A DNA stretch of 44,141 nt, taken from Patescibacteria group bacterium. Its GTDB lineage: Bacteria; Patescibacteriota; Minisyncoccia; Phycocordibacterales; EsbW-18. Under the pieces are notes generated by a model. The model had not been told where the DNA came from and did not search any database. It was given only the letters and a program-made list of their open reading frames with translations. The first letter of the stretch is position 1. Every line of letters starts with the position of its first letter. Positions 8,669 through 16,815 of the stretch are shown piece by piece. The stretch is taken from NCBI GenBank assembly GCA_030917725.1, contig JAUPUE010000042.1, forward strand, positions 1 to 44,141. Direction: 5' to 3'. The translations under genes were made by a program, and so were the position numbers.

Positions 8669-9304
8669 ATGAGTAAACAATTCTTCAAAATAATTGCTTT
8701 GACACAAAAGAGCCTCCTCGGCATATCCATCGCTCTCCTCGCCTTTGGACCCGTGGCGCTTTTGATATGGGGATACCTACTCCCGATGTCAGTTATAGGA
8801 ATCTTCTACACAATATCTCTCGTGTCAGTGACATTTGTGATGTCGATACGACCCCTCGCCGACATCGCAAACGATGTGCCTCAGATACGCGCGCTTGTCA
8901 TTCTTCGAAAAGGATTTGGTGTTCTCTCTGCATCAATCATCGTCACCTTTCTTCTTGCCAAGCTTATCGAGCCGGAGTCTGTGTACCTCGCATCGATTTT
9001 TACCTCTGCGTACTGGTCACTCGATACATTCTCCCTCTTTGCGCATCTCGGTGACATCACCGGTGTCATCCTCCTTATCACCTCAAATACATTCTCAAAA
9101 CGAATCTTGGGGCCGTGGTGGAAGCGTGTACAAAAGCTCGCCTACGTCTATTTCTACGCTGGTGCCCTCTACGAAATGCTCGCCCTCCAGAGCACATTTG
9201 CCATGGTCGCCATGGGAATGGTAACGGTGCTCGTGCTTATCGCATGGGTAAAAAAACGATTTGAGAAGGTCATCGCACCCGCCACAACCAACGTCGCAGC
9301 ATAA
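8669..9304 (+). CDS. six-TM membrane protein, tentatively ferric-reductase-like/YedZ-like but with only one His
   Basis: 211 aa with about six hydrophobic helices. ITSNTFSKRILGPWWKRVQKLAYVYF resembles the FRD-domain TS...R.LG..W..LH.L.Y motif with Q in place of H. Confidence 0.45.
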   Translation: MSKQFFKIIALTQKSLLGISIALLAFGPVALLIWGYLLPMSVIGIFYTISLVSVTFVMSIRPLADIANDVPQIRALVILRKGFGVLSASIIVTFLLAKLIEPESVYLASIFTSAYWSLDTFSLFAHLGDITGVILLITSNTFSKRILGPWWKRVQKLAYVYFYAGALYEMLALQSTFAMVAMGMVTVLVLIAWVKKRFEKVIAPATTNVAA

Positions 9305-9308
9305 TCAT

Positions 9309-10016
9309 ATGAAAATCAAAAAACTTACAGCAACCATAACGTCGTTCCGCGACCTCTCACCAACTGCACGTGAGATAACAATTGAGCTGCCAGAAGACCT
9401 CAATTTCACTGCGGGAGCTTTCGTTAACACATTCTTTGATGTAAACGGCGAGACAATTCGCCGTGCGTACTCCATCTCGTCAGATGACAGCAATCAACGT
9501 GCTATCACACTCTCCATACGCAAAGTCCCAGAAGGCAAAGCGGCTGGATTCTTTTGGAAGTCAGACATTATTGGCTCGACTCTATCAATCATGGGGCCAT
9601 TGGGTATCAACACGGCTGACAAACTCACCAAACGAAGACTATTCCTGTTTGGATTCGGCATTGGTGTCTCTGTCATCATGGCCATGCTCCGTCATGCCCT
9701 AAAACAAAACACTATTGATGAAATTGTTGTTATGACAGGAAGTCGCAACGAAATCGAGTCAATTTATCTCGACGAACTTACAGCACTCTCCCAAAGCAAA
9801 AAGAACATGACATTCCGCCGAGTTCTTTCACGTCCCGAATACACAGACGCGTCGAGTTTTGAAACTGGATTCATCCAAGACCACATCAGTGATTTTGCAT
9901 TCGATGATGCTGACGTATACATCTGTGGCCACAAAGCTGCATGTGATTCGCTTACCGAAACGATACAAAAAACACACCCCAACGAGTACGTCTTTCATGT
10001 GGAGGCTTTTGGGTAA
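9309..10016 (+). CDS. ferredoxin-NADP reductase-like FAD/NAD(P)-binding oxidoreductase
   Basis: The start is at the internal ATG (MKIKKLTATI). It has the RRAYSISS (RxYS) FAD motif, GPLG, and an NAD fold LFLFGFGIGVSVIMAML. Confidence 0.8.
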   Translation: MKIKKLTATITSFRDLSPTAREITIELPEDLNFTAGAFVNTFFDVNGETIRRAYSISSDDSNQRAITLSIRKVPEGKAAGFFWKSDIIGSTLSIMGPLGINTADKLTKRRLFLFGFGIGVSVIMAMLRHALKQNTIDEIVVMTGSRNEIESIYLDELTALSQSKKNMTFRRVLSRPEYTDASSFETGFIQDHISDFAFDDADVYICGHKAACDSLTETIQKTHPNEYVFHVEAFG

Positions 10017-10018
10017 GC

Positions 10019-10486
10019 CTATGAGAGCGGTTCGTAGCTGAAGTCTTTTACTTCGTTCATTTCTTTGGCATACGTAACCTTTGCGTGAATCTTCTCACCA
10101 CTAAAGATAAGTGGGAGCCAACGGATATCTCCCTTCCACATACGGTCGTATGGAAGATCGTTGAACGGATGCAATTCTGGAGCAGCCATCTCTTCTGTCT
10201 CAACGAGCTCACCTTCCCATTTACGGACGAAGAACACATGGCATTCGAAGAGTTGTTTGTCTTCTTCAAAGAAATCGACGACCGCCACTTTCTCCAACGA
10301 TTCAGGAATAGTGACGGCACCTGATTCTTCGGCAAATTCACGCACGGCGGCATCTTCGACCGTCTTGTCGTCTTCTCCCATCTTCCCGCCATATCCCAAA
10401 AGAAAACCCGCCCCAAAGGAGCGTTTCTTGAGCGAGAGATAGACCTTGTCACCCTCTACCGGAAAACAAAGTGTTGCGATTTTCAT
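10019..10486 (-). CDS. NUDIX hydrolase (MutT-like)
   Basis: The Nudix box is GYGGKMGEDDKTVEDAAVREFAEESG (GX5EX7REUXEEXGU). It lies 15 nt downstream of lexA. Confidence 0.85.
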   Translation of the reverse strand: MKIATLCFPVEGDKVYLSLKKRSFGAGFLLGYGGKMGEDDKTVEDAAVREFAEESGAVTIPESLEKVAVVDFFEEDKQLFECHVFFVRKWEGELVETEEMAAPELHPFNDLPYDRMWKGDIRWLPLIFSGEKIHAKVTYAKEMNEVKDFSYEPLS

Positions 10487-10501
10487 AGCTTTATCATAAA
10501 C

Positions 10502-11074
10502 CTACTTTCCGTATCTGCGAATCACCGAGCGAACCACCGCACCAACACGCATGTCGGTCTCAGGATAGATATTGCGGTATTTTTTGTTCCCCGGTTCGAG
10601 GTAGTAGCCTTGTGAATTTTGACGGAGGTATTTGAGTGTCCACGAGCCATCAACTTCGGCGACGACGATGTCACCAAGCTTTGCCTTTTCGGTACGCTCG
10701 ACAAGAACAAAGTCGCCCTCAATGATGCCGGCTTCTTCCATTGAGTCGCCTTTGACGCGAAGGATGAATGAAGCTTCCCTATCGCGGATCAACCATTCGT
10801 CGAGTGTGGTGGTATCGAGTGTCTCTTCTTCGTGCGCGGCAGGGATACCGGCTTCGATGAGACCGAGCATCTTCACTTCACCAAAGAGCGATGTGGGAGC
10901 AAGACGGCCAAGGTGATCTTTGACCACAGCACCAGCATCGACGAGCTTGTCCACGACCTTTGCGACGGCGTTCTTGGATTTGAATCCAAAGAGTGTCGCC
11001 ATCTCGGCATAGGTCGGCATGCGCTTGTGAGATCCGTAGAAACGGTCGAGAGCTGCTTTGTGGTCGTTGATCAT
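10502..11074 (-). CDS. lexA: LexA repressor (S24 peptidase)
   Basis: It has an N-terminal wHTH, an A-G cleavage site in LIEAGIPAA, the catalytic Ser in VKGDSM and the Lys in WTLKYL. Confidence 0.9.
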   Translation of the reverse strand: MINDHKAALDRFYGSHKRMPTYAEMATLFGFKSKNAVAKVVDKLVDAGAVVKDHLGRLAPTSLFGEVKMLGLIEAGIPAAHEEETLDTTTLDEWLIRDREASFILRVKGDSMEEAGIIEGDFVLVERTEKAKLGDIVVAEVDGSWTLKYLRQNSQGYYLEPGNKKYRNIYPETDMRVGAVVRSVIRRYGK

Positions 11075-11081
11075 GAATTAA

Positions 11082-11276
11082 TTAAAAGAGTCCGACGTAC
11101 GAGAGGACGCGAGAGAAGAGAGGCTGACGGCGCATCTGTCGTGCCTGACGGATGAGCATCTTGTGACGCTTTGCCTCTGATCGATATGATAGCCCGCGAA
11201 TGATCTTTTCGTCGATGAGCGAGTTAAGAGAGTCGAGTTCGTTTTCGAGACGGTGTTGGTATTGGTGCTGTGACAT
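11082..11276 (-). CDS. small basic hypothetical protein, first gene of the lexA operon
   Basis: 64 aa from the first ATG (MSQHQYQHRLENELDSL...). It ends 8 nt before the lexA ATG. The longer TTG-initiated form would start upstream of the predicted promoter. Confidence 0.5.
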   Translation of the reverse strand: MSQHQYQHRLENELDSLNSLIDEKIIRGLSYRSEAKRHKMLIRQARQMRRQPLFSRVLSYVGLF

Positions 11277-11315
11277 ACGATATGTGTTAACTGGTAACCC
11301 CTTGTGTATGTCATC

Positions 11316-11345
11316 AGTATAGGTGAACGACCGTTCACCATGCAA
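11316..11345 (-). promoter_or_regulatory. putative sigma-70-type promoter of the small ORF-lexA-NUDIX operon
   Basis: The minus strand reads TTGCAT-N18(SOS box)-TATACT. The -10 lies 39 nt upstream of the ATG at 11276. Confidence 0.5.
11322..11339. promoter_or_regulatory. SOS box (LexA operator), Gram-positive/Cheo-box type GAAC-N4-GTTC
   Basis: GGTGAACGACCGTTCACC is a perfect 8+8 inverted repeat. It sits exactly between a -35-like TTGCAT and a -10 TATACT of the small ORF-lexA operon. Confidence 0.75.
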
Positions 11346-11390
11346 GAAAGATGTGTGGATAAGTCAGTAAATGTTACTGTTGCAGGACCT

Positions 11391-11618
11391 ATGAGTGCCG
11401 TACACCTCAAAGCGACTGTTAATCCCGAAAGCTCAAAAGAATCAGTGACATTCGAAAAAGGCCGCTATCGTATAGCGGTCAAAGCTCCAGCGCGCGATGG
11501 TAAGGCCAACGTTGCGGCAAAGCTCCTTCTCGCGAAGCATCTTGGAATCTCCCCAACAAAGCTCTCCCTTATCCGCGGTGCGGACCGCCCTTCAAAGATC
11601 TTTTTGCAACGGGAGTAG
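11391..11618 (+). CDS. DUF167/YggU-family small protein
   Basis: The 75-aa form is MSAVHLKATVNPESSKESV...IAVKAPARDGKANVAAKLLLAKHLGISPTKLSLIRGADRPSKIF and matches the YggU pattern (P..GkAN...G..sr.K). Earlier in-frame starts (GTG 11304, ATG 11340) would overlap the SOS box. Confidence 0.7.
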   Translation: MSAVHLKATVNPESSKESVTFEKGRYRIAVKAPARDGKANVAAKLLLAKHLGISPTKLSLIRGADRPSKIFLQRE

Positions 11619-11853
11619 CGACGATTAATCCAAGCTTCTCCGTCCTGCTCATCTTCTTGATTTCTGCTTCGCGCTTCGAGGCAGTGCTCCGATTCTTCTT
11701 TCGTTCGATGCGAACGATCTCCCCTGCTCCTTTGGCACGAGTATATCGAGCACCTTTGCCTGACTTATGCTCAGCAAGCCGCCGATCCACGTTGGTGGTA
11801 ATGCCGGTATAGAGCGAGCCGTTGTTGCATTTCAATATATAGACGAAGTACAT
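11569..11853 (-). CDS. GIY-YIG domain protein (UPF0213/YhbQ-like nuclease superfamily)
   Basis: MYFVYILKCNNGSLYTGITTNVDRRLAEHKSGKGARYT is the canonical GIY-YIG N-terminus. Its 3' end overlaps the convergent DUF167 gene by 50 nt. Confidence 0.8.
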   Translation of the reverse strand: MYFVYILKCNNGSLYTGITTNVDRRLAEHKSGKGARYTRAKGAGEIVRIERKKNRSTASKREAEIKKMSRTEKLGLIVATPVAKRSLKGGPHRG

Positions 11854-11888
11854 GTGAGCTTAGTGTAGCGAGAATATGCTTTGTATGT

Positions 11889-11922
11889 AAAAGAAAAGCC
11901 GCCCAGGGTAACCCTAAGCGGC
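11889..11922 (-). terminator. strong intrinsic terminator after the PRTase-like gene
   Basis: The minus strand reads GCCGCTTAGGGTTACCCTGGGCGGC followed by TTTTCTTTT. Confidence 0.75.
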
Positions 11923-11982
11923 TGTCGATCTAGACTTGATGCAAGGAACTGCAGTATTTTAGAGACCTCTTTCACCCAGTCT

Positions 11983-12651
11983 TCAGTACTGAGCGTTGAG
12001 TCGCGCCCAGCTCTCACTACCTTTGGGCTTGATGGCCTTCGACCCCTCCTTGCAGAGGGGGCACATGTCCGGAGTCCAGGTCGGCATCGGTCGATCAATG
12101 AGCGCGACGATCTTCTGGTCGCCGAACTTCGTGCGACCAGAACGGTTGACGAGAGTGGCGACAAAAGGCGTGGCCCAAGCGCAACCGACAGCAATGGCCG
12201 TGATTGTCGCACTGATGCTACCACCCGTCGTTATGACATCCTCGACCGGCAGGATCATCTCGCCGGCACGGATGCTGGTGCGCTTGAAGACCATCACCTT
12301 ATCCGGAGCTTCTCCCTCCATCTTCTCGGTGTAGCCACGCAGGCAGGGGCGCCCTCGGCGCCGACCGATCCGACGTGCGAGATCGTGTGCGATCGTGATG
12401 GCGCCCATTGCAGGGCCGACCACCCGATGCACATCGTTGATGTCGAACCCTTCTTCCAGAAGGCGCTCCAGAAGCGCTTGACAGGCATCATCGAGAAGAC
12501 AAGGATCGTCCATCACCAACTCACTGTTGAAGAAGCCCCCTGAATGCAGGCCCGAGGAGAGCAGAGCGTGTTCCCGACGAGGATTCCCGTCGTGAATCCA
12601 CAAAGCTTCCCTTTCCTTATAGATCCGGATCCAATCTTCGCTATTTCTCAT
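11983..12651 (-). CDS. phosphoribosyltransferase, PyrE-like (orotate PRTase family) with a C-terminal CPLC segment
   Basis: The PRPP loop is MILPVEDVITTGGSI. The gene sits in a local high-GC patch and has a canonical AAGGAG Shine-Dalgarno 10 nt upstream, unlike most neighbours. Confidence 0.65.
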   Translation of the reverse strand: MRNSEDWIRIYKEREALWIHDGNPRREHALLSSGLHSGGFFNSELVMDDPCLLDDACQALLERLLEEGFDINDVHRVVGPAMGAITIAHDLARRIGRRRGRPCLRGYTEKMEGEAPDKVMVFKRTSIRAGEMILPVEDVITTGGSISATITAIAVGCAWATPFVATLVNRSGRTKFGDQKIVALIDRPMPTWTPDMCPLCKEGSKAIKPKGSESWARLNAQY

Positions 12652-12776
12652 CTCTTTTCAGCTCCTTTCAAATCAAAAGCCGTTACAGGCCGTAAGCCGC
12701 CCGTTTCGCTGGCCGAACAATCGGCTATCCGAGGTGAACTTTATGTAAAACTACCCTCAAAAGCAAGGACTCAAAA

Positions 12777-13115
12777 CTACTCGAATTCAAACAGCACATC
12801 CCGAAAACCTTCGACCTTATCATTCACATCTATCTTTATCTTTTCTTTCTTATAGCGAGCCAGGCGCTCGGCACGATGTTTTGGATCTATCCAGATGTGG
12901 CCATCGGCATACACGATGCGATGAAATGGAATATTTGTCGCGCCTTCATCATATGCCTTACCCAAAATACTCGTGATGCTCTGCGCAGCCATTCCACCAC
13001 CACCAGCGGCACGCGCGAGACGTCCGTACGTCGTCACGCGCCCCGCAGGAACAGACAAAGCCGCCTTAAGGACCCGCTCAGAAAATGTCGGACCTGTAGG
13101 CGGCTTTCGTTTCAT
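12777..13115 (-). CDS. MGMT-family DNA-binding domain protein lacking the catalytic Cys (alkyltransferase-like, ATL-type)
   Basis: 112 aa. GRVTTYGRLA...NIPFHRIVYADGHI has PFHRIV where O6-alkylguanine transferases have PCHRV. Confidence 0.7.
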   Translation of the reverse strand: MKRKPPTGPTFSERVLKAALSVPAGRVTTYGRLARAAGGGGMAAQSITSILGKAYDEGATNIPFHRIVYADGHIWIDPKHRAERLARYKKEKIKIDVNDKVEGFRDVLFEFE

Positions 13116-13120
13116 AGTGT

Positions 13121-13693
13121 TTAGAGATCCACCTCTTTATTCGCTTCGGTATCAAGCCTGTGGATGAGCGCACGCGTTCCTTCATCATCAAGCACTTCGA
13201 GACCGAGCTCCTTTGCCTCGGATTCGAGCGTTGTGTGCGCTTGTGCGACCTTTGATGCGTCATCAACAGCTATCTCAGCTTCGTAGTAGCGGATGTTGTT
13301 TGGTGCGATGACGAGTCCCCACTCAATATCGTGATATTCATAGGCTTCGGTAAGACGGTGCATCCAGATACCGGTCGTACAGCCGAGCGCCTTCACGACT
13401 TTTTTCGCTGCCTCGAGGTCGGTGTCCTGCAGTTTGAGCTGCACTTCTTCGCGTGCATTCTCCACCTTGTGTTTGAGCATGATTTCACACTCACCATTCG
13501 TCTTACGCAATCTGACATCAACACTTCGACCAACAAAGTCTTTCGAGTAACCGGGATAGTCGCGCAAAAGAATCATCTCACGCTCTTGGCTCTTCACATG
13601 CTTCCCTTTCTCATCAAGAAAAGCCTTAAACTTCTCGTACCCAGCGTCATCAAGCCGCCCTCTGATTTCTACTTCGATAGTGTTTGTAGCCAT
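13121..13693 (-). CDS. CYTH-like domain protein (CyaB/thiamine triphosphatase superfamily), tentative
   Basis: It has an N-terminal IEVEIRGRL (ExExK-like) motif, alternating charged beta-strand patterning, and a typical length of 190 aa. Confidence 0.45.
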   Translation of the reverse strand: MATNTIEVEIRGRLDDAGYEKFKAFLDEKGKHVKSQEREMILLRDYPGYSKDFVGRSVDVRLRKTNGECEIMLKHKVENAREEVQLKLQDTDLEAAKKVVKALGCTTGIWMHRLTEAYEYHDIEWGLVIAPNNIRYYEAEIAVDDASKVAQAHTTLESEAKELGLEVLDDEGTRALIHRLDTEANKEVDL

Positions 13694-13705
13694 AATCCGC
13701 CCATA

Positions 13706-14920
13706 CTACCTCTTTATTTTTCTTAAGACAAAGAGGCTCGCAATGACAAGCGCCGACATAGACAAGAGCGCAACTCGATAGCCCAAAGAGCCGTCTCCCA
13801 AGGTGACCAGGATGATGCTCCATACCGCCGGACCGATGAATGTTGCGAATCGCTCTGCAACAACGTAGTAACCATACGAGGATGCCACAAGTGCAGGAGG
13901 AGCAACCTGACCAACGGCAGAACGACTGAGGCCCCACACCGGACCAAAAAATAAGCCGGCAATGAGGAATATGCCAATCAATATATCGAGGTCAGATACG
14001 AACGTCATGAGCGGGAACAAGACGCACCATACGATGAGGACGCCGGTCAGAGTCTTGAGCGTGCCGATCCGATCAGCCAGCTTACCAAAGATGATCGCTC
14101 CGACCGCAGCAAGAGCAAGTATCCCGACAGTAAGAAGTGCTTTGAATGTATCCGAGACCCCGTGCACCTTTTCAAGATAGAGAGGAAAATTATTTGCAAA
14201 TGTGAGCATTGCATCGCTAAACAAAAAATACGCAACAAGAAGAAGCGCAAGAGATCGGTGTTTAAAAACAGAAGCAAACCCCAAGAAAGGGCTCATATTT
14301 TCTTTGGGTGACACAGCGGGAACGATTGATTCCTCACGATATGCAAGAAGCATCGGTAACGAACAGAGACCGAAGAGAACGACTGCGGGCAAAAGTGCTT
14401 GAGCACGGCCTGGGTCACCGAAAAGCACAATTGCCCCAGTGACGAATGGCAGTGTCACAAGGAGCCCAACAACTTGTCCTACAGAATTTGCCGCCTGTCC
14501 GAATCCAGAGACCGAGGAAGAATTCTCGAAAGTCGACAGGTCGTTAAGCATTGGAGTGTAGTACAAAAAGCAAAGGAGATAGGCATAGGTGGCAAAGGTA
14601 TACACAAGAGCTGCCACTCCATCCAGATGGTCGGCAAATAATGCGATGAGCGCAGTAACCAAAAACCCTACAAATGTAGCCGCGCTCCAAAAGCGCAGCC
14701 CTCCGAGCTTCTTACCGTTCGTGTCTATCTTTTTGCTGATAAACGGAGCAGTGAAGATAAAAAGAATCGAAGAGCCAATGAGCGTCGCGTTGTACCACCA
14801 GGAAGGATTGCCTTGATCGATGACAAGCCACTGCGAAAAATAGAACAAAAAAGCCATCAAGACGATGGAATTCCCGAAATCATAGAGCGCCCACCACGCG
14901 ATGTTCCTTTTGACCGCCAT
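13706..14920 (-). CDS. MFS transporter, UMF1/Atg22-like subfamily
   Basis: 404 aa with about 12 TM helices. The N-terminal WWALYDFGNS motif is characteristic of the UMF1 family. Confidence 0.8.
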   Translation of the reverse strand: MAVKRNIAWWALYDFGNSIVLMAFLFYFSQWLVIDQGNPSWWYNATLIGSSILFIFTAPFISKKIDTNGKKLGGLRFWSAATFVGFLVTALIALFADHLDGVAALVYTFATYAYLLCFLYYTPMLNDLSTFENSSSVSGFGQAANSVGQVVGLLVTLPFVTGAIVLFGDPGRAQALLPAVVLFGLCSLPMLLAYREESIVPAVSPKENMSPFLGFASVFKHRSLALLLVAYFLFSDAMLTFANNFPLYLEKVHGVSDTFKALLTVGILALAAVGAIIFGKLADRIGTLKTLTGVLIVWCVLFPLMTFVSDLDILIGIFLIAGLFFGPVWGLSRSAVGQVAPPALVASSYGYYVVAERFATFIGPAVWSIILVTLGDGSLGYRVALLSMSALVIASLFVLRKIKR

Positions 14921-15022
14921 AAACTATTCCTTACCAATAAACCGAATCGTCTGTGCCATCTTGGGGAATGTGAACATGACACCTTGTAATACTTTTTATA
15001 AAGCAGGACGTCTTGTCCGTTT

Positions 15023-15904
15023 CTACTTATCGAAAAACTTGATCAAGTATTTATCGATATCGCGCTGGTCCATGTCGTAGAAGCCGATTTTCTTTTTGCG
15101 GAGGTCTTCTGCAAGGTCCTTGCCCACGAAGCGCCAATGCCACGGTTCGAAGACGTAGTAGGCGTTGCCTTCGGGATATGAGAGAACAAAACCGTATTTG
15201 TATGCATTCGCAAGAAGCCAGGTGTACGAGGCTGTGGAGTTAAACCCATCGAGCGCGCCCTTTGTAGCGACGGTCGTAAAGTCCACCGTCGTTCCCAACT
15301 GGTGCTCCGAGTAGCCCTGATCGGCAGAGAATGCATTTGCGCTTCCCGCGCCGTACGTCACAGAATAGCCAGACTTGAGCGTCGACTGTTCGTCGAATGA
15401 GCGGTACGCAGATGCGACGCGAAGATCGACCTTATCTTCTTTTGCTTTTCTCAAAAGACCTTCGAGAAACGGTGCAACACGCTTGTTGATGCTGAGCTCT
15501 TTATCTTCGGGATAACGGAGGTCTTTATCAATCTCTATAACGCTCGCCGGTGTGTAGTGTTCGTTCAAGAAATATACCTTCGAATATTTTTGGAGAAGCT
15601 CCGAATCAATCTTGCTCAATTTTTCGAGATCATCGAGTTCATCTTCGACATCATCAAGCTCATCTTCGAGTTCCGCATTCTTCTGCTGTTCTGAGTAGAG
15701 TGCTTCAGAAAGCGCACGTGCCTCTTCTTCTTTGAGCGAGAGCTTTGTGTTTGCATCGTTGTACTTCTCTACTGCACCTGAGAAGGCGTTTTGCACGCTG
15801 TTAAGCTGAAAGAACAAGATGCCCAGTCCGACGACGGCGACAATACCCAGAATCATCGGGATGGCTGCAACGCCTTTTTGTTTGGAGAAAGATAAGTCAT
15901 TCAT
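15023..15904 (-). CDS. membrane-anchored D-alanyl-D-alanine carboxypeptidase, VanY/M15B family
   Basis: It has a TM anchor, a coiled coil, then SAYRSFDEQ, SEHQLGTTVD and EPWHWRFVG (the zinc-binding HxxxxxxD / H motifs of M15). Confidence 0.85.
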   Translation of the reverse strand: MNDLSFSKQKGVAAIPMILGIVAVVGLGILFFQLNSVQNAFSGAVEKYNDANTKLSLKEEEARALSEALYSEQQKNAELEDELDDVEDELDDLEKLSKIDSELLQKYSKVYFLNEHYTPASVIEIDKDLRYPEDKELSINKRVAPFLEGLLRKAKEDKVDLRVASAYRSFDEQSTLKSGYSVTYGAGSANAFSADQGYSEHQLGTTVDFTTVATKGALDGFNSTASYTWLLANAYKYGFVLSYPEGNAYYVFEPWHWRFVGKDLAEDLRKKKIGFYDMDQRDIDKYLIKFFDK

Positions 15905-15924
15905 AGGTATATGGTATCAGAAGA

Positions 15925-16815
15925 CTAGTTGGCGTAATGTGCGAGAACAGCCTTGAGGCCCGCAAGGTTCTTGTCCCATTCAATGGTGTCGTGGGTTGAA
16001 AGCTCCACCGTAACAGCGGGAATACCGATTGAGGCAAGCCATCCCTCGGCATCACCGGTAATTTCATAGCTATCAAACACATCAACCGCCGGATATCCCG
16101 CAGCAGTGGCATACGTGGTCATAAGCGTTCGTGTCTCAGGGAGAATTCCCGCCTCACACTCTGACGCATACACTGCATTCGATTGGCTGTGCAAGAAGAT
16201 TGCTGCGACTGGCTTGTCTTTTGCGACGAAGTCACGAATCGCACGTGCCTCAGGCTCAGAGAATGCTGACGTTCCGGCAGAAACCACATTACCGCGCCAC
16301 ATGCTCTCGGATTTCCATTTGCAATCGAAGTTACGATTGAGATCCACCTTATTCGCATTAAAGCGACCGGCCGATTCATCTGCGTTTACCGGCACATCAG
16401 CTTGTGTGAATCGTCCTTCTTTACCGATGATCTTGAAGACGCCGTCAGGATTTGCAGATGGAATAACCGTCACCGTGACGTTCGCAGGAATGACCCCTGG
16501 ATTCGCTACGAGATAATCCATCATCTGGTATGCGAGCAACACGCTGTTCCACTCGTATCCACCGTGGATACCACCGACGATGAGCACGTGCGTGTCCCCT
16601 GTTCCGCCTGCCTGTGCAGACAGGTATGATGTTGCCTCAATTGAACGTCCTTGCACCGACGTACCAATGACAACAGGTTCTGACGCTACAGGTGTCGTAT
16701 CTACCGGTACAATCGGCTCTTCAGGTCCCTTGTTTTGCACAAGGAAGAAGACACCAAAACCAATGATGAGAATACCAACAACGCCGAAAAGAATCTGCTT
16801 CGGGGACAGTCGCAT
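15925..16815 (-). CDS. membrane-anchored M14-family zinc carboxypeptidase (paralog A)
   Basis: Motifs are GGIHGGYEWN, NPDG and DLNRNFDCKW. It has a TM anchor. Its ATG overlaps the stop of the upstream paralog (TAATG). Confidence 0.8.
   Translation of the reverse strand: MRLSPKQILFGVVGILIIGFGVFFLVQNKGPEEPIVPVDTTPVASEPVVIGTSVQGRSIEATSYLSAQAGGTGDTHVLIVGGIHGGYEWNSVLLAYQMMDYLVANPGVIPANVTVTVIPSANPDGVFKIIGKEGRFTQADVPVNADESAGRFNANKVDLNRNFDCKWKSESMWRGNVVSAGTSAFSEPEARAIRDFVAKDKPVAAIFLHSQSNAVYASECEAGILPETRTLMTTYATAAGYPAVDVFDSYEITGDAEGWLASIGIPAVTVELSTHDTIEWDKNLAGLKAVLAHYAN

Noticed and set aside
11832-12543. Several ORFs of 110-220 aa on both strands (11832..12224, 11881..12543 and 11996..12334).
   Set aside because: They are artefacts of the local high GC content, which leaves few stop codons. 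Only the minus-strand frame 11983..12651 has a PRPP-binding motif, an SD sequence and a terminator.
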